A stretch of DNA of 64,000 nucleotides from Cyanobacteriota bacterium. Lineage in GTDB: Bacteria; Cyanobacteriota; Cyanobacteriia; Cyanobacteriales; Nostocaceae. The notes under the pieces were generated by a model. That model saw only the letters and a program-made list of their open reading frames with translations, was not told the origin of the DNA and ran no database searches. The stretch lies in assembly GCA_046045965.1 (NCBI GenBank), contig JBJOKS010000010.1, positions 1 through 64,000 of the forward strand, given 5' to 3'. Positions 1 through 9,962 of the stretch are shown one piece after another. Made by a program: the position numbers and the translations under genes. Each line of letters starts with the position of its first letter. Positions within the stretch are counted from its first letter, which is position 1.

Positions 1-2
1 CG

Positions 3-608
3 GGACAATATAAACCTGAATATAAAGACTACAAAACCTTTTTCACGAAGATTGCAGAAATCGAAAATCAAAGTAGTTTAATTTTAATCAGTCAGGAACA
101 ATGCCAAGAAATGCTATCCTTAGATGAAGAATTATATCCTGTTAAATGTTTAGAATTATCAGGTTTAAATAATACTGATATTTTCCAAAACATAAAACTA
201 AAAGATGAGCAAATCTGGTCAAAATTGATAGATTTGTATGCAGGAAATACCGTATATTTAAAAGATATTAGCAACGTCATTAAAAAGATGTTTCAAGGTA
301 GCGTTGCTGATTTTCTCAATGAAGGTTTTATGTTAACAGAAGATATGAAATCTCAATTTGATGAATTATTTCACAGACTATCACCCATAGAACAACAAAT
401 TATTTCTGTTATAGGTAAATTTTCTCAACCTGTGACTAGAGAACAGTTAAAAGAAAACTTGAATTTATCATCTACCGAATTAATTAATGGGTTACAGTCT
501 TTAAATAGACGCTATTTAGTGACAACCATAGAAACAGAAAAACCCCGATTTAACTTGTCTCCTATTTTCCAAGAATATGTGAAAATTAAAATAACTGATG
601 ATAAATAA
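3..608 (+). CDS. C-terminal part of NB-ARC/NACHT-like ATPase protein with winged-helix tail (5' truncated by window edge)
   Basis: Frame is open from position 3 (GQYKPEYKDY...LILISQE), then L..LY.GN..YL and RLSPIEQ..SL.RRYLV motifs typical of cyanobacterial STAND-type ATPases. Confidence 0.7.
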   Translation, partial: GQYKPEYKDYKTFFTKIAEIENQSSLILISQEQCQEMLSLDEELYPVKCLELSGLNNTDIFQNIKLKDEQIWSKLIDLYAGNTVYLKDISNVIKKMFQGSVADFLNEGFMLTEDMKSQFDELFHRLSPIEQQIISVIGKFSQPVTREQLKENLNLSSTELINGLQSLNRRYLVTTIETEKPRFNLSPIFQEYVKIKITDDK

Positions 609-678
609 TAACAAATCATATTATCTGCGTCTATCTGCGTTCATCTGCGTTCAAAATTAAAAAAAGCAGAATAAAAAA

Positions 679-698
679 GACAGGTAAAATACCTGTCC
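679..698 (-). terminator. Probable intrinsic terminator after petA
   Basis: Hairpin GACAGGTA-AAA-TACCTGTC with an A-run on its left (U-run on the minus strand). Confidence 0.6.
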
Positions 699-723
699 CA
701 CAAAGAAATATTTAGCAGAGAAA

Positions 724-1725
724 TTAGAAATTCATCTCAGCAGCTTGGACTTTTTCTACCTGCTTCTTCTTCAGCACCAGCATAACTTGTGCCAACATCA
801 CTAAACAGATGAAAGCAACCATCCATACAACTCTGGAACTATCTTGTAAGACGATTTCTGTATCTTTCTGACCAAAACCGCCAACATTGGGGTTATTGGT
901 TAAAGCATCACCAGATGCAACAGTTTGTCCTTCAGAAACAATAAGTTCTGGACCTGCGGGAACAGTATCGCTAACAACTTCACCAGATGCGGTTTTGATG
1001 CTAACTACATACTTAACATTACCGTCTTCATCTTCTGTTTTTTCAATCTTGCTGATTGTACCAGCAGCAGAAGCGTTGTAAATGTTGTTGTTGCTCTTTT
1101 CACCTGTGGGGTAAACTTGTCCACGTCCTCTGTTACCGCCAACATGAACAGAATATTTGCCAAAGTGGATATTTTTGTCGGTAGCGGGGTTAGGTGAAAG
1201 CACAGGGAAGACAATTTCTTGATATTCTTCCCCTGGTAATGGTCCAACGATGACGATGTTTTCTTTGTCTTCGCTGTAGGTTTGGAAGGGAGTCTCACCT
1301 ACTTCTTCCTTCATTTCTTCAGGAATACGATCTTCAGGTGCAAGTTTGAAGCCTTCGGGTAACATCAATACAGCACCGACATTTAAGCCCACCTTAGAAC
1401 CATCAGCACCTACTTGCTGTACGCTGGTGTCGTAGGGGATTTTGACGATCGCCTTAAATACGGTATCAGGTAATACTGATTGGGGTACTTCTACTTCTGT
1501 TGGTTTGGCTGCTAGGTGACAGTTAGCGCAAACGATCCGTCCTGTTGGTTCGCGGGGAGTTTCAGGATAGGCAGCTTGCGCCCAAAATGGATAAGCAGCA
1601 GCAGTTTGGGGGTGAGCAAAATCGCTGGTGAAGAAAAATGTCACAGTGGCGATCGCTACAAGCAATGTATTTAACATTACTTTAGCAGCGCGAGTTAACC
1701 TCGCAGGTGTACGGGCGTTTCTCAT
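724..1725 (-). CDS. petA: Apocytochrome f
   Basis: Signal peptide, YPFWAQ, CANCH heme motif, C-terminal TM and [15 protein letters not shown]. Confidence 0.99.
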   Translation of the reverse strand: MRNARTPARLTRAAKVMLNTLLVAIATVTFFFTSDFAHPQTAAAYPFWAQAAYPETPREPTGRIVCANCHLAAKPTEVEVPQSVLPDTVFKAIVKIPYDTSVQQVGADGSKVGLNVGAVLMLPEGFKLAPEDRIPEEMKEEVGETPFQTYSEDKENIVIVGPLPGEEYQEIVFPVLSPNPATDKNIHFGKYSVHVGGNRGRGQVYPTGEKSNNNIYNASAAGTISKIEKTEDEDGNVKYVVSIKTASGEVVSDTVPAGPELIVSEGQTVASGDALTNNPNVGGFGQKDTEIVLQDSSRVVWMVAFICLVMLAQVMLVLKKKQVEKVQAAEMNF

Positions 1726-1734
1726 CTCTATAAA

Positions 1735-1794
1735 GTCAGTTGTCAGTTGTCATTAGTCATTAGTCATTAGTCATTAGTCATTAGTCATTAGTCA
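1735..1794. repeat. Heptamer tandem repeat (STRR-type, TCATTAG/TCAGTTG)
   Basis: About 6 TCATTAG copies between petC and petA. Confidence 0.9.
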
Positions 1795-1849
1795 AGAGTA
1801 AATTTCAAAGTTCTAGACTATTGACTGGAGACTAATAACTCAACACTGT

Positions 1850-2389
1850 TTAAGCCCACCAAGGTTCTTCGTTGGTGCGGAAATCGGTTTCTGTCCAAGG
1901 TGTGAGAACGATTTTGTCATCTTGGACATTAGCATGAGCTAAAGCTAAGGACTTGGGTGCAGGTCCGCGGACAACTTTACCAGTAGCATCGTACTGGGAA
2001 CCATGACAAGGGCATTTAAACTTGTTCTCAGCTACGTTCCAGGGAACAACACAACCTAAGTGGGTACAAATAGCGTTAATGCCATAGTCCGCTATTGCTT
2101 CTTTGCTTTCTACCACAATATAGGTAGGATCTCCCTTGAGTCCTTGTACTAGGGTGCGATCGCCTACATTATGGCTGTCTAGAAACTTACCAAGGCTAAC
2201 ATCGTTACCCAGTTCGTCTTTTGCAGTTACACCACCACCAGCACCACCGGCAGATGGAGGGATAAAGTAGTTGACAACAGGGTACAATGCACCTAGAGCC
2301 ACTCCAGTAACAGTCCCAAAAGTCAGCAGGTTCATGAACTGACGACGACCCATATCGGGTACGTCCATTGATTCAGAAAATTGAGCCAT
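1850..2389 (-). CDS. petC: Cytochrome b6f Rieske iron-sulfur subunit
   Basis: Tat motif RRQFMN, CTHLGC and CPCHGS Rieske boxes; upstream of petA. Confidence 0.99.
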   Translation of the reverse strand: MAQFSESMDVPDMGRRQFMNLLTFGTVTGVALGALYPVVNYFIPPSAGGAGGGVTAKDELGNDVSLGKFLDSHNVGDRTLVQGLKGDPTYIVVESKEAIADYGINAICTHLGCVVPWNVAENKFKCPCHGSQYDATGKVVRGPAPKSLALAHANVQDDKIVLTPWTETDFRTNEEPWWA

Positions 2390-2714
2390 AGTCTACGCGC
2401 TCTTTGTGTAATTTGTTCAGCAATTTTGACAAGAGTGGTAGCAACTAGCCTCACACTTTGCCTGAGTCGAAATACTAACGCCCCCAGTGATGCCATACTT
2501 CTTGGCAAGAAGACCTATCTAGCATCACTTTCTGTTAGCATTACATTTCTTTATATCCTTATCATACTGGAGTTACGGAACTTAATATCATAACCAAATG
2601 TAAAATCTAATTGAGAAAAGCGATGATCCCATTAGGGTCTCACTAGGAGTATTGCGTTCGCTGATCGTGGCATAAGCCAGATCAAAAATCAAAAATCCTC
2701 AAGCTTGAATTAAT

Positions 2715-3023
2715 ATGACAGGAAAGGAATTACGTCAACTGCTGATTGATAAATGGGGATACTCTTATGATGTCCAGTTCCGCAGGACTCAAGGAAAAGT
2801 ATTTCTACAAGTCATGTGGAAATATCTTGAACAAGCTTCATTCCCTTTAAGCGAACCCGAATATCAAGAACATCTGGATAGTATCGCTAATTATCTCAAC
2901 GCCTTGGGAGGAACGAGTCAAGTACAAACCTTTATTGTACAAACCAAAGAGCGTCCCCGCTTAGGTAAAGCTGTGAGTATCCCTCTAGATTTGGGCGATC
3001 GCACATCAGAATGGATAGTGTAG
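2715..3023 (+). CDS. DUF3067 family conserved cyanobacterial protein
   Basis: KWGYSYDVQ...LQVMWKYLEQASFPL...RPRLGKAVSIPLD signature. Confidence 0.85.
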   Translation: MTGKELRQLLIDKWGYSYDVQFRRTQGKVFLQVMWKYLEQASFPLSEPEYQEHLDSIANYLNALGGTSQVQTFIVQTKERPRLGKAVSIPLDLGDRTSEWIV

Positions 3024-3101
3024 TAGGTGACAGGTGACAGGTGACAGATAAATCTTTGTGTGGATATATCAAATTTAAGCAGAGAAGAAACAAAGAAGAT
3101 C

Positions 3102-4142
3102 ATGAGTAAATCTTCCCGCAAAAACAGATTTAAACTCAAAATCATTAATAAATCCGCCCTAATTCGCCTGGGTGTAATTGTCCCTGCTTTCCTAATTATA
3201 AGTATTTGGGGCTACTGGACAATGTTTTGGATGCCCAAACAAAGCTATCAAGGACAACTTCCACCCATAAAACAAGAAGAAATCATACTTCAAAAATCGC
3301 TACAGGAAGACTTACAAAAACTAGCATTTGAAATTGGTAGTCGTAACAATAATCAATATTCAAAACTCAATCAAGCAAAAGACTTTTTCATCAACTCTTT
3401 CAGTCAAGCTGGTTACAAAATCAACCAACAAGAATATAAAATAGACAACAAATCATACTACAACATAGAAGCAGAAAAAAAAGGAACTACCAAACCAGAA
3501 GAAATAATTATTATTGGCGGACATTACGATTCAGCCTTTACCAGTCCAGGAGCAAACGATAACGGTACAGGAGCAGCAGCAACCCTAGAACTAGCTAAAA
3601 TCTTCGCCAACAAAAACACAAACCGTACCATCAAATTTGTAGAATTTACCAACGAAGAACCGCCTTTTTTCTGGACAGAAAATATGGGCAGTTTAGTATA
3701 TGCCAAAAACTTAAAACAGCAAAATCAAAAAATTGTCGCCATGTTGAGTTTAGAAACAATGGGATATTTTTCTGATCAACCAGGGAGTCAAGAATATCCC
3801 TATCCCATAAATTTAATCTACCCTAACCAGGGTAACTTTATTAGCTTTATTGGTAATATTAAATCTAGCAAATTAGTTAAAAAATCAATAGGTTCTTTTC
3901 GTAATCATGTAAAATTTCCATCTCAAGGTACAGCACTACCCAGCTTTATTCCCGGTGTTGGTTGGTCTGATCAATGGTCATTTTGGCAGCAAGGATATCC
4001 AGGGATAATGGTGACAGATACAGCGCCTTATCGTTATCAATATTATCATACTATAGATGATACAATAGATCAAATTGACTTTGATAAATTTGCCAGAGTT
4101 GTTAATGGTTTGGTAAACGTAATTTCTGATTTAGCCACATGA
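3102..4142 (+). CDS. M28 family Zn peptidase, N-terminally anchored
   Basis: GGHYDS, PGANDNGTG, NEEPP, SDQWSF, YHT..D motifs; start codon uncertain. Confidence 0.9.
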   Translation: MSKSSRKNRFKLKIINKSALIRLGVIVPAFLIISIWGYWTMFWMPKQSYQGQLPPIKQEEIILQKSLQEDLQKLAFEIGSRNNNQYSKLNQAKDFFINSFSQAGYKINQQEYKIDNKSYYNIEAEKKGTTKPEEIIIIGGHYDSAFTSPGANDNGTGAAATLELAKIFANKNTNRTIKFVEFTNEEPPFFWTENMGSLVYAKNLKQQNQKIVAMLSLETMGYFSDQPGSQEYPYPINLIYPNQGNFISFIGNIKSSKLVKKSIGSFRNHVKFPSQGTALPSFIPGVGWSDQWSFWQQGYPGIMVTDTAPYRYQYYHTIDDTIDQIDFDKFARVVNGLVNVISDLAT

Positions 4143-5020
4143 TTGAATATATTAAAACCTCCCGTTTAAATATCGCTTATCACAGCTATGGTGATATTAA
4201 TAAACCTACCATCATTTTATTACATGGTTGGCCAGATGACCCATTAACTTGGAGTCAAATTATTCCCGTTTTAGTAGAAGCTAATTATCACTGTATTACA
4301 CCCTATCTGAGAGGTTTTGGATTCACACATTTTCTAGATTACCAAACTCCCAGAAGTGGACAACTCGCAGCTTTAGCACAAGATATACTTGAATTTATTG
4401 AAGGTTTGAATATTGGTAAAATCCATGTAGTAGGACATGACTGGGGTGCAAGAATAGGTTATAATATTGCTGCTTTGCGTCCAGATTTATTACATACACT
4501 AACAGCATTATCAGTAGGTTACGGAACTAATAACCCACAGCAAAATATATCATTTTTTCAAATACAACAATATTGGTATCAATGGTTTTTTGCTACAGAA
4601 AGAGGAAGGAAAACTTTAACAACAGATAGAAGAGATTTAATTAAATATATGTGGAAATTATGGTGTCCTCATTGGAATTTTAGTGATGATGAATTTTTAG
4701 AGACTGCAAAATCTTTTGATAATCCCGATTGGGTAGATATTACCATAGATTCTTACCGTAATCGTTGGGGATTTTCTGCTAATGATCCTGAATATGAAAA
4801 GATTCATCAAAAATTAATGACTTCCCCAAAAATTAATGTCCCAACCACAGTATTACATGGAGGTGCTGATGGTGCAACTTTACCAGAAACCAGCGATAAT
4901 AAAGAAGAGTTTTTTTTAAAAGATTATCAAAGGTTTGTCATACCAGAAGTTGGTCATTTTATCCAAAGAGAAGCACCCCAAAAAGTAATTGAAGCTGTTT
5001 TAAATAGAGTAGGAAAATAA
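4139..5020 (+). CDS. Alpha/beta hydrolase (epoxide hydrolase-like)
   Basis: LLHGWPD, YLRGFG, GHDWG nucleophile motif, GHF; ATGA overlap with upstream gene. Confidence 0.9.
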   Translation: MIEYIKTSRLNIAYHSYGDINKPTIILLHGWPDDPLTWSQIIPVLVEANYHCITPYLRGFGFTHFLDYQTPRSGQLAALAQDILEFIEGLNIGKIHVVGHDWGARIGYNIAALRPDLLHTLTALSVGYGTNNPQQNISFFQIQQYWYQWFFATERGRKTLTTDRRDLIKYMWKLWCPHWNFSDDEFLETAKSFDNPDWVDITIDSYRNRWGFSANDPEYEKIHQKLMTSPKINVPTTVLHGGADGATLPETSDNKEEFFLKDYQRFVIPEVGHFIQREAPQKVIEAVLNRVGK

Positions 5021-5027
5021 TAAATAA

Positions 5028-5299
5028 TTTTATGACTCAATATTCCCATTAGTTACTTATGATAAAGCATTAAGTAAAGCATTAGGTTCTTTATCAACGA
5101 GTAAGCCTCAAGTAGTTACACCTGAACAATTATTATCTGAATTGGGAACTAAGGTGTGAAGGTTTATATTGATATGGGTGTTTTTATTGACTATCTCAGT
5201 CCACAGGCGATCGCTGGATCAACTCTCAGAACTACAGAACGTCGTGGCCGTGATCCAATAAAATTCTGTGATACTGATTTAGCAATAAACGTATTATAA
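5028..5299 (+). pseudogene. Two PIN-domain-like fragments (C-terminal piece 5028-5159; N-terminal piece 5156-5299)
   Basis: PLVTYDKAL...VVTPEQLL with no start codon, then GTG-started VKVYIDMGVFIDYL truncated after 47 aa. Confidence 0.5.
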
Positions 5300-5363
5300 A
5301 ATACACAGTATTTTGGATAGAGCTAAAAAAGCAAGCGATCGCCTCTAAGAGAAGCAATTCAAT

Positions 5364-5382
5364 GATAATGATAAGTATTTTC
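5364..5382. promoter_or_regulatory. Putative Fur box
   Basis: GATAATGATAAGTATTTTC matches 16/19 of GATAATGATAATCATTATC; upstream of the ferredoxin operon. Confidence 0.55.
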
Positions 5383-5698
5383 AATAAGCTTTAGTATTTT
5401 TTCATATTTACCTCGTTACTGTTTTTGCCTGAAAAGCTTGTGTTTTAAGGCTTTTGACCTCTAACTTTGCCAAACAGCCTGAAGCTTGACTAATTGATCA
5501 GGTTAAGAGAAACTAAATGATAGTAGATGTAACTGCTAATTAAATTAATAATTTTTGTAAAGTTTTTGAGATATATATTTTGAAAGATGGAACATTATGA
5601 ACAAATGGCAACTTTGTCTCTGAGTTCCTTCGGCAATGTAAAGATTAACTCCGCTCAAGCAGTTAGTTCAAGGATACTATCGAGGTTGGCTAGAGAGA

Positions 5699-5911
5699 AT
5701 GGAAACATTAGAATTCATAATTTATCCAGACGGTCGCGTACAAGAGAAAGTCACAGGTATTGTGGGTGCTTCTTGTGCGGAAGTGACAGCAGCGATAGAA
5801 GCGCAACTAGGACAAGTGCTGAGTCAGGAGTCAACCTCAGAATTTTTCGCCACCAATAATATACAAGAATCTGGAGTGGCGAATACCCAAACCGCGTTTA
5901 GCGAATGGTAA
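5699..5911 (+). CDS. DUF2997 family protein
   Basis: METLEFIIYPDGRVQEKVTGIVGASC; usual partner of ycf35. Confidence 0.9.
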   Translation: METLEFIIYPDGRVQEKVTGIVGASCAEVTAAIEAQLGQVLSQESTSEFFATNNIQESGVANTQTAFSEW

Positions 5912-5950
5912 ATTTTCCAACTCGTTTATTTTCATTGATTACAAATCACC

Positions 5951-6337
5951 ATGTCACACTTTAGCCAAATTAAAACACAAATCCGCAATCTAGAATCCTT
6001 ACAAGATGCGCTTTCTGACTTAGGGATAGACTGGAAACCAGGACCCCATGAAGTGCGTGGTTATCGTGGTCAAACCCATCCAGCCGAAGTTACCATTGAA
6101 CAAGAAAATGGTTATGACATCGGTTTTAGATGGAATGGTCAGGAATACGAATTGGTAGCTGACTTACAATATTGGCAACAAAATTTATCTGTAGATGGAT
6201 TTTTACGTCAAGTCACCCAGCGATATGCTTATCAAACAGTAATGAAAGAAACCGCCAAAGTTGGTTTCCAAGTTGCTGAACAACAAAAAAATGAAGATGG
6301 TTCCATTCGTTTAGTAGTACAACGCTGGAGTGCGTAA
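5951..6337 (+). CDS. ycf35: Ycf35/DUF1257 family protein
   Basis: MSHFSQIKT...YDIGFRWNG..YELVADLQYW. Confidence 0.92.
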   Translation: MSHFSQIKTQIRNLESLQDALSDLGIDWKPGPHEVRGYRGQTHPAEVTIEQENGYDIGFRWNGQEYELVADLQYWQQNLSVDGFLRQVTQRYAYQTVMKETAKVGFQVAEQQKNEDGSIRLVVQRWSA

Positions 6338-6804
6338 TGTCCCAAATGCAACCGTTCCCAGAAGATTTAGATCATAATCTAGACAATAGTCCTTCCGGTT
6401 TAGAACCAGAACTAGGTGGTTTTTTGCGAGATGAACCAGAATGTTCTGGTTTAGAACCGGAACTGGGCGGTTTGCTGCGTCAGAAAGGTGTTTATGTGGA
6501 TGAAATTACCTGTATAGGCTGTAAACACTGCGCTCACGTTGCTCGTAACACCTTTTATATTGAGCCAGATTATGGGCGATCGCGTGTAATTCGTCAAGAT
6601 GGCGACTCAGAAGAGGTAATTCAAGAAGCTATAGATACCTGTCCTGTTGACTGTATTCACTGGGTTGATTATACCGAATTAAAAAACCTAGAAGAAGACC
6701 GCAGATATCAGGTTATTCCTGTTGTTGGTTATCCGGTAGATCATGCTGTAGCTACCACAGAAAAACGACGCAAAAAGCAAAAGTTAAGAAACAAACAAAC
6801 ATAA
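6337..6804 (+). CDS. Single-cluster 4Fe-4S ferredoxin (Fed7-like)
   Basis: CIGCKHC and CPVDCI; duplicated SGLEPELGG N-terminal motif; operon with ycf35. Confidence 0.9.
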   Translation: MSQMQPFPEDLDHNLDNSPSGLEPELGGFLRDEPECSGLEPELGGLLRQKGVYVDEITCIGCKHCAHVARNTFYIEPDYGRSRVIRQDGDSEEVIQEAIDTCPVDCIHWVDYTELKNLEEDRRYQVIPVVGYPVDHAVATTEKRRKKQKLRNKQT

Positions 6805-6841
6805 AATTCAAAAATTTAAATATCAAACAGTTAATTGTAAG

Positions 6842-6864
6842 AGGCTGGAATTTAAAACCAGCCT
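6842..6864. terminator. Hairpin between convergent genes
   Basis: AGGCTGG...CCAGCCT followed by TTGTTTT. Confidence 0.6.
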
Positions 6865-6870
6865 TTGTTT

Positions 6871-7155
6871 TCATTTAAGAGTGAGAGGGTCATGCTGTGA
6901 AAGCAACTTCTCAACTTTTGCTTCGTCAATTCGGGAAGTTAACCTTCTGGCTTCGTGCAAGTCTCTAGTAGTTTTTGCCAAAGTAAAAGTTGAACCCACA
7001 GAAAACGCCAAACCCATACCCATAAAGCCTTTTACCCAATTATCCACAGGCAAATTGACAATGCCAAAACCCGTCATAGAAATAGACATAATAAAAGCTG
7101 CCCAGGTTTGAAAAATCCACGCATTGCTGTCTCTTTGCGGTCCAAGTGTTTGCAT
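6871..7155 (-). CDS. YiaA/YiaB family inner membrane protein
   Basis: Two TM helices; WVKGFMGMG...FTLAKT.RD motif. Confidence 0.85.
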   Translation of the reverse strand: MQTLGPQRDSNAWIFQTWAAFIMSISMTGFGIVNLPVDNWVKGFMGMGLAFSVGSTFTLAKTTRDLHEARRLTSRIDEAKVEKLLSQHDPLTLK

Positions 7156-7343
7156 ATCTCCCCCTATAACTAAGTACCGTAAGCACGATTTTATAAACTG
7201 GTCTAAATAGTGGTAATAGTAACCGACCAGTTCCGCAACTGTGCTTAATAAAGAGACTTAAAAATCCATCAAATTCAGCAAATACAGGTGGAAATTTTGT
7301 ACCAGTTTGGCAAGTGGCATAAACATTAAGTACCTTTTTTTGC

Positions 7344-8924
7344 TTATGGCGTTTCTGGAAAAGTTTGCACCTTACCATCTGGAGTGAAAACAACTCGGAG
7401 TTTGAGACTTTGTCCAGCTTTATTAGTAGAAACAAAGGGGTTACCAATTTGTGGCATACCAGTGTTATCAATATATTCTCTAGCGGCTCGATTCAAGGGT
7501 AAAATACGTTCAATAGACCCATCAACACCCAACATCAAACTATATTCTAGAGTTTGAGAAAAACCCGCAGGTGGCCGCCAATTCTTTTGCAAATAGGCTC
7601 TGGCTTCTGCTGCTTGAGGTATATCAAATAATTTGTTTTCGTCAGCAGCAACCTGTGTAGGTGAGGGTGCTGTTCTTGCGGCGCGCAATTTTGCTACTAA
7701 ATCATCATTACTGGCCACAGCAGGAGCTTGGGTTGCAGAATTAGCACCTCGATTTAATTGCTGTGACTCTAGTGGAGACGATATTTGGGGAGGAATCTGA
7801 CTTTGAAGGTCATTAGGTAAGGTAGTAATAGAACTAGGGATAGGGGGAATACTACTGGTATTTTCAGAAGGAAGACCACTTTGGCTAATTACCCCTGTAG
7901 AGCCTTGTTGAAAACTGGGTGTTGATGATGATGGGATTTGTAGATTACTAGGAAGGACTGGCTTACTTGTTTGCGGTATTGTCAGTGCATTTTTTTGTGA
8001 TGAGGCAAAGGTGTCTGGGACAGTTGCATTAGGGAAAGTCAGAGGCTTTGGATCTAGAGTAGAATCAGCTGGTGGTGGAGGGGGATCTAAATTGGGTAGT
8101 TCTAATGTATCGCTAATACTTGGAGGAGAAGGTAAATTACTTGGGGGAGTTAGTCCCGGTTGAGAGGCGTTTAAATTCGGGTCTGGTGAGGGTTCGAGGG
8201 CAATTTTGTCTGTGGCTGAATTTTGATCAGCTGTTTGCTGCTGACTTTGCTTGATGCTGTTGGCATATTGCCAGGTTAAAGGAGTTAAACCCACAGCTAA
8301 TGCAAACATCGCCGCTATAGGTGTCCAAGTAGGTAAACTGGGAATCCTGTTCTCAGTTTTGTTCTTACTTTTGAGATTTGGTAGTGTGATGACATCAGTA
8401 GAATATTCATCTAAAGCAGTTGCCAAATCAAATAGTTGTAACAGAGTAAGTTGAATTATAGGGCCAGATGTTGGGTTGGCAAGGGAACCAAGATATAGTT
8501 TATGAGTTAAATTGTCACTGGATTCTAAGTAAATTGTGGCCTCTAAAATTCCCATGCTAGAGGGGTGTGGAATCTTAGGTGTGGGTGATGTGGGGGTAAC
8601 ATCTTTTAACTCTGGTTGATCAGATGTTGTGCTTGATGGAGGGGATTCTAAGAAGGTAAAACAAAAGCTATCTGCTGATTTTTGCAGAAGTTGCTGTACG
8701 TAGTTAGTGACAGCATTACACAAAGCTTCTAGTTGATCGCGATCGCCCTGTATTGGTACTCTCAGTTCTTCTGGTAGCGTCGGATCATCAAAGTGCAGTT
8801 CAAAACGCAGTTGATTAATGACAGTTTGCCCCATCCAGCGAGATAAAGGTGAGCTTTGCGCCGAGATTTCTAGTGTGCAAGTGGGGGGTGTGTAGCGACG
8901 AATGACAGAATTTGATCCAGGCAT
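7344..8924 (-). CDS. DUF4335 domain protein with TM and Pro/Ser-rich region
   Basis: RRYTPPTCTLEI N-terminus, L..LQLFDLATALDEY; downstream of DUF3038. Confidence 0.8.
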   Translation of the reverse strand: MPGSNSVIRRYTPPTCTLEISAQSSPLSRWMGQTVINQLRFELHFDDPTLPEELRVPIQGDRDQLEALCNAVTNYVQQLLQKSADSFCFTFLESPPSSTTSDQPELKDVTPTSPTPKIPHPSSMGILEATIYLESSDNLTHKLYLGSLANPTSGPIIQLTLLQLFDLATALDEYSTDVITLPNLKSKNKTENRIPSLPTWTPIAAMFALAVGLTPLTWQYANSIKQSQQQTADQNSATDKIALEPSPDPNLNASQPGLTPPSNLPSPPSISDTLELPNLDPPPPPADSTLDPKPLTFPNATVPDTFASSQKNALTIPQTSKPVLPSNLQIPSSSTPSFQQGSTGVISQSGLPSENTSSIPPIPSSITTLPNDLQSQIPPQISSPLESQQLNRGANSATQAPAVASNDDLVAKLRAARTAPSPTQVAADENKLFDIPQAAEARAYLQKNWRPPAGFSQTLEYSLMLGVDGSIERILPLNRAAREYIDNTGMPQIGNPFVSTNKAGQSLKLRVVFTPDGKVQTFPETP

Positions 8925-8979
8925 AGCAAGAATGGCAATGGGGACAAAAAAGAATTTTGGATTTTGGATTTGTTATTAA

Positions 8980-9013
8980 AAATCTCAAATCTCAAATCTC
9001 AAATCTCAAATCT
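8980..9013. repeat. Heptamer tandem repeat AAATCTC
   Basis: 4-5 copies visible. Confidence 0.85.
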
Positions 9014-9017
9014 AAGT

Positions 9018-9620
9018 TTATTTTGTGGAACGATCCAAAAGTGTTAACCACAACCGCCGGTGTCCAGTAGGGGCGCTATAAAATAGTAAATCGACCAGCA
9101 GTTTTATGGCTAAATTGGTCAGCAAATCTGTGGAAATTTCTTCATCTTCTTCCATCCGTTCTTGGTAGGTGTTACAGAAAGCATCAATATAATCTCCCAG
9201 TAAAGCATTTTGATGAGGTTCTTGCTTGTTGGCAGCTATTTTTTCTAATAACCCCACAGCACGGCGAATTAACTCTTGGTGTTGTTTAGCAAGATAACAG
9301 GTAATCAGAACAAGCGATCGCGCTTCTTCTACATCCAGTTTTTTTCGCCCTCCTTGACCTTTGCGTATGGGGTTAGACTGGCGCAGTCGCCATAAGGCCA
9401 CCCGATCCGGTACTTTTGACTCTAACTGGAGAATAATAGCCGCAGACAGCATAGCCTCAGAACCAATACCAGTTAAAGTTTCTAGTGCTAACAACACTAA
9501 ATCTAACTGGGTTTTTATGTTGTCCCATTGAACTGAGTTGGGGGTCGGAAACTGGTTTAACTCCTCCCACTGGGAACTCGGTGTGGTTGAATTTGCGGCC
9601 GATTGCATAACTTTTAGCAT
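9018..9620 (-). CDS. DUF3038 family protein
   Basis: LDLVLLALETL, DRVALWRLRQSNP, LLFYS..GHRRLW. Confidence 0.88.
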   Translation of the reverse strand: MLKVMQSAANSTTPSSQWEELNQFPTPNSVQWDNIKTQLDLVLLALETLTGIGSEAMLSAAIILQLESKVPDRVALWRLRQSNPIRKGQGGRKKLDVEEARSLVLITCYLAKQHQELIRRAVGLLEKIAANKQEPHQNALLGDYIDAFCNTYQERMEEDEEISTDLLTNLAIKLLVDLLFYSAPTGHRRLWLTLLDRSTK

Positions 9621-9800
9621 AGGTGATCAGGCGAATAAAGGCTGTTGCTGTTACCCTTTTTGAAACAGACCATCAAGCATGAAAATTGGTTTCTCGTCAT
9701 GTAGCTCTAAATCAGTTTAGTCACAGCATTTGTTGTAGTTTTTTTACTTTAGATGAAATTTTCTTGTCTCAATATAAGAAATTTATGAGGCTTTGATGAA

Positions 9801-9962
9801 GACTGGGGACTGGTGATTGGTGATTGGTGATTGGTGATTGGGAAAGATGGTAAAAGGCAAGAGGTAAGAGGCAAAAGTTTATTAATTTTGACTTTTGACT
9901 TTTGACTTGATACCTCCCCATCTCCCCATCTCCCCAGTCACCAGTCCCTAGTCACCAGTCAC
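9801..9962. repeat. Mixed STRR block (GGTGATT, TTTTGAC, CCCCATCT, CCAGTCA)
   Basis: Several short tandem arrays in the mutS2-DUF3038 spacer. Confidence 0.85.

Noticed and set aside
5587..5859. 90-aa ORF overlapping the DUF2997 gene
   Set aside because: Alternative frame of a recognisable gene with no protein-like motifs.
6391..6480. Tandem SGLEPELGG duplication in the ferredoxin
   Set aside because: To my knowledge a normal feature of this ferredoxin family in filamentous cyanobacteria.
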